Shown piece after piece: positions 48,501-60,802 of a stretch of 64,000 bases of DNA. The DNA is from Azolla caroliniana. Its lineage: Eukaryota > Plantae > Polypodiophyta. Position numbers and translations under genes: made by a program. Within the stretch, counting starts at the first letter, position 1, and each line of letters begins with the position of its first letter. The stretch lies in assembly GCA_043228905.1 (NCBI GenBank), contig JBHGNT010000017.1, forward strand, positions 2,976,001 to 3,040,000, given 5' to 3'. Under the pieces are notes generated by a model. It was not told where the DNA came from. It ran no database searches and was given only the letters and a program-made list of their open reading frames with translations.

Positions 48501-50860
48501 ATTGTAATTGAATGAATTCATAATTTCGTTGAAAATGGTCTCTATTGTTATATCAATTTACCCTCTACATTGTCATACTTTCAAAGACAAACTCATAATC
48601 TACTTGCATTTTAGATTAAAGAAGATAATGAGAGTTGTCGTTGTAGAGGGGAGATACATTTATGTGTTTTTCTCTACATTTGTCCAAATTTTCTAGAGTT
48701 TAAGAGAAGGAATTGCTCGAGCTAGAAAACAAGATGTGATGGGAGGTGGCTTAAAACGCATAATATGTATGCATTTGAAGTTAGGTTACAACATGGGTTC
48801 CTGAAATCACATTTGGGTCATCACCATATTACTAGTATCTAAAATGTAAGCTATATCTTATCTTCTCTAGTCTTCTTCATTTGATATTCTATAACTTAGT
48901 TAAAGCAGTTATATTCAAGTGTTCTTATTATATAATTTTTAATATGGCCACTTAAAATTGAGGGAGAATGTCAATTTATGCAATATGTGTGTGTGTTATT
49001 GTATATATATTTCTTATTGTTACTTGAAATTTGGGAAGGGGCAAGAAACATCAAACAACGAGCATAGAATTGTAATTTAAGTTACAATTGCTTATTTAAA
49101 GTTAATTAAGGTAATGAAGAACAAATCTCACAAGATCAAGCACAAATTTCGACAACAGGAAATTAATTTGTTTTGAAAAAGGATACAATTGAAGTTTCCC
49201 ATTTTTAATTTGTTTCCTTGTTGCAATCCCGTTAGAAGAGAAAATCTTCGACACATGGCATGACTAGGTGAAAAAGTTTGGTACCAAATTTGGCTCAAAT
49301 TTCAATTCTCTTTGAAGTGCACAATGATATTAACCCCAATGTTGATAGGGCAAAATGTAGTTTCACAAATTTTGGATTTTCTTTCACATAATACAACACA
49401 TTCTATCCCTTAAAACAAGAAATCTATTTAGAATACAATAAGGACAAACATCCTCGTGGTGTACAAATATACATAACAATTGAGATGTAGAATTCAATTT
49501 ACACTACCATTAAGTTAATTGGGACATTCTCTCAGGGGTATATGTTGGCTACTCGCAACTTGACTGGAAGCCAAGAACTTCAAGTCACATTAGTATGCCT
49601 CACTTTGAATGGAAAAGTGTGATAAGTGATGAAACCATTTTTAACTGACACAATATTGCGACGACGAATCTTGGTTGAGCATGTTCGTATCCTTCATGAA
49701 ATATTCCCTTCATTATTTCAAGTACCTTTTGAAGTACGCCATTAAGTAGGAGCTTTTTGGTTCTTTTTGTTTAACAAATCTCTAAACCAATAGGAGTCCT
49801 TTTTTATTTTATTGTAAGTGCCAACAATGCATGATTCTCTCATTGTTATCATTTTGTTTAATGTAGCTCCAAAACCTCTCGCTAGTTGGTATTATTGCAT
49901 CTTCTTTTGCTATCAATTGTCTTAATCTCTATTATAATACCATTCTTAAGTGAATTTATTTCTAGTTGATATCATCAAACAATTATTCATGAGCACCCAA
50001 GCATACCAATGGCCTTCATGAATTATTCCCACATGCTTATCAACCCCAATCAAGATACTAAAACCAATAATACACCTTTCAAACAGACCAGTGAGGCAAT
50101 ATATATTATATACCTAACCTTTTTAATACATCTCACCAAGATGCCCTCTCTTTCAATATACTAAAACTCTCCAATTCATTATGGTAGGTATCCACAAGGC
50201 AAGTATAAGCAAATTGTCTTCAAATTCCATCGGCATTCGTTTCATGTTTACCTCATTTCCATGAACAAAACTATTACTCATAAGACCTACATATGATATT
50301 TTCAGTCGAATGTTACATTTTCCTTTGTCGAAAGTATTCTTTCACATATGTAGATGGTGGCACTATAAGACACCTTCAAATGCCACACATGCTAAAGCAG
50401 CTTCGCCATGTCTTATCCAGCAATGATTGGACATAGTTGACTGAAACCTTAATTGAAGGCTGCCACTCAATGATGTAGAGTACCCGTATGGTTATTTCCT
50501 TTACAAAATAAGAACAGTTTGTAATCATTTCTGAAGGTGCATATGTTGATTTTGATGTTAATCATGTGAAACAAGAGTAAAGTATTATACCATTTCTTAC
50601 TGTGCATGCACTGATATTCAGAGAGAAGGAAAGAAGTCTATGGGCGTGTACCTTGGCTCCTTAAAATAACGAAAATTTGGATTTTATTGCACAGAACTAT
50701 TAGAAACACCAGTTCACATAAATCACAGAATCCCTGTATGTATTTCCTCATTCACATAAACACAACATCATTATGCTAAGGTCTTACGGAAAGAAAGAGA
50801 AAGATAATGAGAGCCTCTTGTTGCAGAAGGAGAAAAAAAAGGCCCTCTAAAATTGTTGGT

Positions 50861-53800
50861 TCATTGTGCTGTAGACTCCAACTTAACAACATTGTCATCC
50901 GAGAATGCGGTTCCATTTTCAGCTTTCAGTTGTGCAGCAACATTATCAATTGCATCATTCAGTTTAGCTATCTTCTCATTGAGATTTCTCCTAGTTTTCT
51001 GCAAAATAAAATATTCAAAAAATATTATCCAACAATAGTTTTGCATACAATTCCATATCGAAATGCATGATTTATGAATTTCATAAACTTCCAATAAAAT
51101 GTCATCATACACCTTTTCCTGTGTTTCATATCAGACCAATAATAATCCACGATGTATATTTCAATTTAGAATATTGCCAAATAAGTTGGGCAAAATCAAT
51201 ATCTATGCTTAAACAGAGCTTCAGGCAGTTGGCATCACGTTTCCATACATACAGAGTTTTGTGCATGGTTTGTAATTACCACAGTTTCATACATGACGCA
51301 CTAACTTTCATTTATAAAAGCTTCAGGCTTTAAGTTCCACTACGTGATCAGCTTTTATAGCTGCGCATTTAAAAAGTTCAAAATAATTGGTATCCAGATA
51401 TTTGACCTACCTTTTCACATATTGCTGAAAACTTACTGTGATTGACATGTCTCCATTTACTGACGTAGACACTATGTTAGTTATGGAATCTCATTACTTC
51501 AATAGACTTTTGACACAAGAATAACTTTGAATCATTTGGTTGGGAATCAAATAATAAAGCTGTATCATGGACCACTGAAAGTGTGTAAAGTCTCTCTATC
51601 TACATGGATTTAATGTAGCCTATCCTCTTTTAATTAAGAAAAAAACCAGAGATATGTCATGCTCTATCAGATTGCCTTCTCCTGGTCTTATAATACCATG
51701 CAATGACATACATATGTCATTAACCAAACCAAAGTTGAAAGGTTTGATAGGATTTTGAAGAAATCAGGGAACCAAATGGCAAATGGCAGAGGTAATGTCC
51801 AAGTTGAAAGGACGAAGCTTCAAGGGAACTGAGGTTGAATGGAAGGATTTTGAAGAAACCAGGGAACAAAATGGCAAATGACAGAGGTAATGTCCAACTT
51901 GAAAGGATGAAGCTTCAAGGGACAGAAATTCATTAGAAAGTCTATCACATATTACTTCTGGCTACATGTAGAGTCCTTTTATCGGTGGCCTCCTGGCTAT
52001 TTGGATGTGTTCTACATGTATGCCACATGGGGATGCAATTTGTTCTTCAAATATCAAAAGCTTGCTGAGGAAGATTTGGGAGAACTCAAAAGTATGCAAG
52101 ATTACAGTAGGATAGTGCTTTTGGGTGGGAAAGATTAGGAGCCATCCTAGAAAGCTACAAAGGATAGATGGGAAGTTAAACCAATAATGCATGAGTTTCC
52201 CTTGAATATATGACATTATGGAAAACTCACTCTTCCAGTGGGATACCAAGACCAACCTGAAAGCCCAAATACTTTGCATGAGTTTTGTGTCTGCAGTCGG
52301 TCAGAACCATTTCGCTCTTGAATAACATTTCAATGAACAGAGCATCAAAGACCAATAGCATGCCATAACATTTATCCTAAATATCATGAGTCCCCTTGTA
52401 ATCAAGAAACATTAGAGTATTTTAGCATTGCCTATTCAGAAAAGCACCTATTTTAATGAGTAATCAGCATTCTGTATCCAGATACCTGCATGGTTCAGCT
52501 TGCAAAACAACCGGCATAGCTTCTCAATGCGTCACTTCTCAATGGGAAGAGTTCATGATAAGACGATGATAAATGGAGCAGCCACATAGCTTGAATAAAG
52601 TTTAAACTAGCAATGGCAATGATCTAATGTTGTCGCAATGTTTTCAACACATAGTGTGAAACCACCATCAAAAGAGAATAAAATAGTAGTTCAAATAAAT
52701 GAAGTAATGTTGTGAAGTCAAATATTGTAATAAATGAAAGGATAAAAAGTTAGAGGCGGGTTTTCAAAAGTAGGAAAAAAAACCTTGGCGTGGATATAAG
52801 GAGTAAAGTAGAGAAAAAAGCTCATAATTTCCTCGTTCGATGTCCAAATTAGAAAAGAAAAGATTCATAAGAAAGTTAACACAAAGGGCTTTCCAAATAT
52901 ATTTTGCATGTGTAATTTGAGATTGCAAAAGAGGAATAGTGATAGAAATAAAAAACGCCTCATATAGACGAGCTTTTTTTAGGAGAAAAAAAAACAAGCC
53001 ATAGAAAACCTATAAATAAGAGCTATTCTTAAGAAGGAGGGAGAGCTGATAGGGATTTGAAGAAGAAAAGATTTATGTTTCCTCTCTCATACTCTTATAC
53101 CCTAAGATTGATCAATTGAATAAGAAAATATTTCCATGTTTCCTCTCTCATATTCTCTTAATTTATGTTTTGCTTATGTATAAGTATAATTTAGTCTTAT
53201 TCATACTCTCTTACTCTAAGCTTTGTTTATTCATAAGCATAATTAAGTATTATTCGATCTCACATACGCTCTTAGTCGAAGATTTTCTTGAACCTACGTA
53301 TAATTAAGTATTATTAGTACTACCAATTTACTTTTATTCGAGGACAATCTCTCGTCTTTAAGCTTAAAGTGCATTAATCATTGAGCCATAAATCCTTCTG
53401 GTCCAGAACCCGACGGTTCCGCCTCACGATCCGCACTAGCTAGCGGATTTTCACGACAACATGAGTACAAACTATCTGTCATTTTATGCCCTTCAGAAAG
53501 CTGAATTTATATTGCCATAAATCTTCGCAAAAAGCAAGAGGTACATTTATCTCTCTTGATTTATAGCTTCTCAATGTTTATATTAGTGATACGGTCTCAT
53601 AAAATGTGAAAACCTCCCTGTCGAGAATGAATTCATTTTTGCAGCAAAGGCTGCAGCATGCCATTGACTAACATTTTATTGGTTTTCATTAAGTTGACCC
53701 ACCTAATTATGAAACCTCATGTGTCTACATATTCTCATGTATCTGCAAAGAGCAGTAAGCAATCTTGATATAGAATAACCAAAACTGTATCAATTGCAGA

Positions 53801-56512
53801 AAATTGTAAGAAAGGTATTTGTAAAAATCCAGCTCAATAATACGTGTGGGAAAACTTTGAATGGGTAATGACTAGAGAAGAAGCCCAACTAGTCTACGGC
53901 AACTCATCCTCTTTGGTTGAGTTAAAAAACTATGTTGTGCCAAAGAAAACCTCTGATTCAAAACCACAGTTCATCATGCCAAGGATAGATCGGACCAAAA
54001 TGACTTAGTTTCTATCATAGAAGCCAAATATGGAGGCAGTGTATGGTTCAGATAAACCACAGTAGCGGGAAAGAGTTGGAAGAAAAGATAGAGATGCACA
54101 GCCAAGCATCCTATGTTTGCATAGTTGGAATAAAATGAGTTACATCAGCAAAAGACTCTAGAATAGCCAATTTAATACAAAGTGGGGATGTATGTGAGGT
54201 GGCTGTTTGGTCATCGAGTAACAGTTGGGCTACCAAACAGTTACAACATGCTTTAAATAAACAAGAATAAAACCTTAGCTGATAATAAAGAGCAGGTCTG
54301 GTTCTGCTACCCTTCAACAGATACCACCTCAAGTTTTTAGCCTGAACCACTACTGTTTGCACGTTCTCCATGGCAGCCTAAATGAACCTCCATAGGTGCA
54401 ACAAGTTATTTAAAGGTTGAAAGTTATATCTTTTAGCTTCTTTCAGTCCATCAGAGAGTCACAAGAAATAAAACATACACAGTAACCCAAGCTGACAAGT
54501 AGCACCGGGAATACAGTAGGAACACAAACACTATAGTTCTCATACATGAAGACCGCCTTTGACCTAGCCATTTATAGGAGTAAAAAGTACAATCTATGCA
54601 CCACACAACAAACCTCAATGCCTTCATCATCATCTATGTTGATCCTCATATTATAGAAGTCTTTTTGCTTTTCTCCAAAGAATGTTTTAATCTATTGTTG
54701 GGAAAAAAACAAAATGTGATTTAGACAGTAAACATAAAAGTTTTTGAACCTTCATAAAACATGATTGATATCTATTTAATTACCTGAGGTGCTAATAAAT
54801 AACCCAATGTTCCAATGACCACGCCCCCCAGCATAAATCCAGCTACAAAATCAACACCACCGCCACCTCTTCTATCCCTGCCATATCTCACAACTAAGAG
54901 TTGCCAAAATTCCACAAACCAAGTTTCCCTAACACTACATCAATTTGAGCTTTTGTAAATGTACTGCAAGCTTCGAGAGCCTATAGATAGACTTAGTGAG
55001 ATCAATGGTGACCTGTCTTACTGACAGTCTTTTACATAAACAAAGATTGGCTTGTGTAACATGACATTGATGTAGGACCACAATCCTTTCAGATAAAGAA
55101 GTAGTCCATACTCAACAAATAAAGATATTTTAAACATGTATATCATCCACTTTAATAATGAGTGATATAGTGCAATCACACAATGATTCCTACATCATAA
55201 ATCAGTACAGATATTACTTGAATGAATGAAAAGTTCAACATAATTATTTGGCATAAATTCTTTACCAAAAACAGTCAGATTTTATAAGTCAAAATATTTA
55301 CTTGTATTGGGCAGATATGCAGAAATTCCGTTTGCAATGTTGAGACGGTCTCTTCCATTGTACACCTTTATATTTCTTCAACCTTGGAGATAAGTTTGGC
55401 AAGCAAGATGTGTCTACCTGTCCAAGTTTGCAGAAGCCTACAAGTAATGAAAAAATACTGATGAATATCCTCCCAATCCAGATGAATAAAACAATACCAA
55501 TATCCTACAAGTAATAAACAAATACTGATGAATATCCTCTCCATCCAAATGAATATCCTCCCCATTGACAAAAGTGACATGCAAACAATGGAGACTAATA
55601 TGCATCTTTCTGATCCAGTTGAATAAAACTATATTTATTATAAACAATCCCAATGAATATTCTCTCCATTGATGTTATTATGATATGTAAGCAATAGAGA
55701 CAGATGAACATGCTGTTCTATTAAAAAGCTCAGATCTACCTTTGCATACATCTTGATGAGGCACCCTGTCATTTTTTTCTTGTCATTCCTCTTATTGACA
55801 CGCTTAAACTCTAAAGTTCAGATTTATCACTGCATACATCTTGATAAGGCATCCTAAATTTTTTGCATACCATTCCTCCTATGTGACACATGCAAATTCT
55901 AGCATCTCTTGTATAGTTTGTAGAGCGGATGAAACTGTTCTACTAATTAACATATATCTATGATGTTTCTGAATCCCTCCCCAATGTCAATGAGAATAAA
56001 TCCAAGAAATAATAATGACGCTCCTGATCCAGATGATTACTGGCTTGTTAAGACCTCAAATTCCTCTTCATTCATCAATGATCACAGATTTTCTTTTGCA
56101 TACGTCTTGTATATGAACTCTGATATTTCTTAATTTGCGTTTGTCAAACGGATAAACGCAAAATGCAAACAAAACATTTCCCCAAATTACATATCTCCAA
56201 GATGCTTTGGAAGGGTTCGTCCTCACACGAAAATTCCAGAATCTCGTGAATATAATGCAGAACTGATGATCCTTGCCTCTAACGGCAAATGAAAATTCTA
56301 GAATCGTTATTCAAATCAACTGTGCTCTTAGAGACATAAAAATCTGTGTTGAATTAAGCTCTCTCTCTCTCTCTCTCCGTCGAGTACATATACACACATC
56401 ATCATGATCCGATCCAGCAGAAGCTAGAGAGCTTGCAGTAAAGAGAAATACATGAAGAGAGAGAATGAGACTTACCCGGTGCGATGGAGAGGTCGCAGGA
56501 AGAGATCGCCAT
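50861..56512 (-). CDS. Chloroplast envelope small membrane protein, At5g16660/At3g02900/At1g42960-like, 5 exons, 160 aa
   Basis: Exons 56512-56476, 55437-55302, 54877-54784, 54691-54614, 50998-50861, all GT-AG, 483 bp in frame. Transit-peptide-like start, GGGVDFVAGFMLGGVVIGTLGYLLAPQ, DEGIEKTRRNLNEKIAKLNDAIDNVAAQL. Confidence 0.85.
51734..51922. repeat. Intronic tandem duplication of about 96-bp period
   Basis: aggattttgaagaaa.cagggaac.aaatggcaaatg.cagaggtaatgtccaa.ttgaaagga.gaagcttcaaggga occurs twice. Confidence 0.85.
52631..53458 (+). mobile_element. Intronic solo LTR (828 bp), TGTCG...CGACA group
   Basis: Termini tgtcgcaatg and ttcacgaca. TATA at 53011. U5 end similar to the reverse complement of 8785-8850. 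Flanks ATGT and ACAT. Confidence 0.75.
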
Positions 56513-56558
56513 GGCCAGGTCCTCGATACAAGAGGGTAGAGTAGTACAATGTGCGTGC

Positions 56559-56590
<32 letters not shown>

Positions 56591-59354
56591 TGAAAAGAAT
56601 GACTAGAGCTCTAGAGAGAGAGAGACTCACTCCCATGCAACTTAAAAAGGGAGAGTTTATTTTTTGCATGTTTATTTTTTGTTGTTGTTTGAAAGTGGTT
56701 GTAGTGTAAGTAGTCCTCACCATACATATACTGTATACATATATCTACATATATACATAAATACATATCGATCTCCACCCATAAGGAAAGAAGGTCACAC
56801 TTGTACGTTGCAGGTAACACCTCGCTCGGTGATCCGTCTCTCTCTCTCCGAGCTCTCTGAGTCAAGTGAACCATTTCTAGATGTAGCATGTATACCATTT
56901 GTTTAGGTTGCACCCTATTCTCGTGTGAAGGGTTCGGATTGTGTTGTGTGAGTCGTTAATCACCAAATGTGTTTAGAGTTCTACTGTTGGAGAACTTCAA
57001 ACGAATGTATCGGCCATATATGAGGGATTGTGTACTCCCACATCCCAGCTGGAATAACGTATGGCCATTGACATTAGTGCACCTTCCGCTCCACGTGCCA
57101 TGTGCCTTGTGACCCACTTTAGCTAAAAATATAGTACAAGTGAGACATATGAACTCATGTATAAGGATCACTTTCGAGTGAGCTTGATTTTCAATGGTCA
57201 AGAGATGGCCGAAACGACTCGGGAGAATAACAAGGTTCCCATTTGGCAAAAACACCAAAGCCATAATTGGGAAGCATCAAATGCTTGAGTCAAGATTCTT
57301 CAAATCTAGTAGTATAGTTGAGACACGATGTATTCATGGAGCTTTGGATTCGATCAATGTGGCAATGTTTACATTCTTGCATTGTTATCATTATTTATGG
57401 TTTGCTAATTTTCCTTTAAGACAGTAATACGCTTTTCATTCTCTCCCTAGAACATTATTCCATGGAAGTATATCCTACCATAAGATGGCTTCTAACAATG
57501 GTCACACAGTCCCATATCATTTTTGTTTCTTGTATAATCTAACATTAATGTTTATGTTATCGTACAACCTTCACCAAATCTCTAAATGTGTCGTTCACAA
57601 TCCTATTGTGAATGAATCATTCAACATGTCCTTTTAGCCAACCATATGCTAATGACGAACAAATTTGTTAGTGTTGCGGGATTAGGTGGATGTTGAGAAG
57701 TAGGTGAAGAATAAAGTATTTGATTCAACGTTGATCTTATATTGAACACGAATGCATCAAGTTGCATATGAGTATATTCAATATCCTTGTGCAAATAAAC
57801 ATATATCTATGTTATGTTCTAAACATATATCCTTTTATGTTCTCACACTCACTTCAACATAAAAGAAAAAAGATATTGTTATACCGCAAGAGTAGATGAA
57901 AATATTTGACACATCCTTTTGTGCCTATTCTAAGTCATGGCTCGATATCCATACACACATAGAGTTGTGTTCTTTTCAACGAACATGCAATGCCTTTGGG
58001 GAGGAAAAAAAACATGGATGTGTTTTTTGAGGGTCATATTAATAGAAAGAGATTGTTGTCAAATCGTTGTCCTTGTTCAAATCCAACGGACAATTGTCAT
58101 GTTGTCAACTTGGAAATTGTACCCTCTTGAATGGAAATAGGCGACTCCGAGTTTCATGAGGCAAGTTGCTCGCAACTTGGAAAATTGACCCACCACCACA
58201 CATATCATGCAATTTAATGTCTCTGGCACAACCAACCTTGCATTTCATACATTGTTAGGGCAACCAAGTGAACAAAAATAGTGGGTTCACAACTCATTGC
58301 AAAGGGATACACCCTATGATAGGAAGGTGGTGCGAGAACACTCAGTATTCGAGGATGGAGAGAAACGTGGAACCAAAAGATGATCGGGACATTGTTTAAT
58401 AGGGCATTCAAGAAGTCATTCGGACTCATGGCGACAATCAACGACCCACAAAAGGCTTCGGTAGATTTCACCTCCAATTATTCTAGGACCCCATCGCCCA
58501 CCTATTTTGGTGTATTGCTTCTTATAAGTTATTCTTGAAACTATAGGTCTAGTTTTTGTAATTAACCGGAACAAAACTTCCCCACGGTTTATCAGAGATT
58601 GCACATCATATATCGGGTTATGGATCTATTAGAAATACCCTTCAGAGCTGATGATTTTGCTGTGCATTCATCTTTCTTTAGCTCACGTCAGACCTCTTGA
58701 TAACCTCTCCAACCGAGGGAAAGAGGGGAAAATAAGTGCGTGCTTATCAATCTGCTTAAATTCATAAACATGTGTCCATGTGCGTATGTATAATTATACA
58801 TACGCATATAGATTTCCAATGCCTATGGTTCTGATTGATGATGGCGACTTAGGACTGGCTTTTCCTTGAACGGACTTTTCCTTAAAATTTGAAAAGAATA
58901 GATACGTTCCTACTGTTAAAAACATTACTACAGTGAATGCTCACCTTCAATCAGGCGAAAATACTGTTAATCTCTGCACAATAAGTCAGCAGCTATGTAG
59001 AATATGTCTTGATAGCTTTTATCCAAAACATCCGAGACGTTTGGAGAAATTTGGTATTTTGTTGTTTCTTAAATTGATGATGCTTATACAAGAGGCATAT
59101 ATCCATAAAAAGCCCCACTTTTGTTTATTATATAATAAAAAAGGATACAGCTAATGATCATCATCCATATCATGTGGTCTCTCTCAAAGAGATTACATTG
59201 TGATTTCATGAAGATCACATGGAAGGAGAAACATTAAAATGTTGAAAGTCTAACTAAGCATTGAAGAATATGGATAAGTTGACTGTGGCTAGTAGATTAG
59301 AGAAGTGTAATGACGAGCAAGCTCTCAAAGAAGTGCATATGGGAATAAGGATAT

Positions 59355-60744
59355 GTTTCTAAAATAGTAGAACACATACATTGGTAAATGTGATTTCAGT
59401 AATGCGGTTGTATGCACTTTAAATTTGTTACATCAAATAATCAAAAGTGTACAATGACATGGGGCATTGCATTTGCAGACTGGTGGATATAGTGAGGACA
59501 TGATTCCTACTATAAGTTTTTAGCCCCATATAAATAATTCGAAACAACCTTCTTCGTTGAAATAAGAAGCCAAACTATTGGAGGATTGGGGTAAGGTAAA
59601 ATGATTTGAATAACTAAAAATAACCTACTTTTTCTCAGTAATGGGAATTATATTAATTGGATACAAATTATAGTGCATTAACGGAGTGAAACTGTGGTAT
59701 ATGTTGAAAGATCTCTTTGACTATTTGACTATAGGCAAAAAATAATAGATTACATTCAAATCCCTCAGCAAGCTAAATATAAATTAAGATACTTCTCAGA
59801 AAATTAAGGAGTCAATGTCTTATAGGTTGGATTTAACATGCGATAAGGTCATTAAATGAAATGTTACTATCAAATTGTGGGATCTGGGAGGTCAACCTCG
59901 ATTTTGGAGTAAATGGGAGCGATATTGTGTATTTGTTATTGTGTAAGTGACAATGTCATGGTTTTCATCTTGTCTTACCGTGAACGTTGACATGATTGGA
60001 AGTTCCATTCTTCTCCTTGTAATAATGAGAATTTTTAATTTCTTAGATCCTCTTAAAATCCTTAACGCTAATGAAAACCCTAGTTTTAGAGATTTAATAG
60101 ACAATGAAAATAATTTATTTAAACATGAAAACATGTGGGATATAATGTTGCAAAATACATTATAAATTCTAATACAAATGTACTTTTAGATCTTAACTTT
60201 TGTTTGTTTAAGGCAAGTTATGTTATGAGGGTCACAAACAATCCTAATAGCTACAAGTTATTCCCCAGATATGTTGTTGATGCAACAAACAAGGACACCT
60301 TATCTATTGCAAAAGGTGAGCTTCATGACTTGCGAAGAAAACCCTCTTTACATGGAATTCCATTATTAGTGCTTGGCAACAGAATCAATCAGCAACCCAA
60401 AGCATTATCCAAGCAGACTTTCATTATCAAATGTGGAACTTCAAGCACTTGTGTGTGTGATATATGTTGAGAATTAAACTCAACTTCTCTAGTGTGGGAA
60501 CACACCTTAGTATACGCAAGTGTGTGAACACCCCACCTCCTAATATAGTAACTAGTGTGTCATAGAACCTTAAAGTTCTATGACACATATTTAGTGTAGT
60601 TAAGTTTCCACCTCTCTTTAGTAAATGGTGGTTGTATAGAGAGAAGGTGACTACATAAGCACCTTTCTCTTCCTCTTTGTAAGTTGTTGGTGCATTCTTA
60701 TCGTGTTAATACCGTTTTTCTCGTTTTCTGTATACATTGTGTTT

Positions 60745-60802
<58 letters not shown>

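Noticed and set aside
46000-50400. Possible ancient DNA-transposase remnants (NCWSH-like motif near 47850)
   Set aside because: A single weak motif in AT-rich sequence, with no sustained frame or termini.
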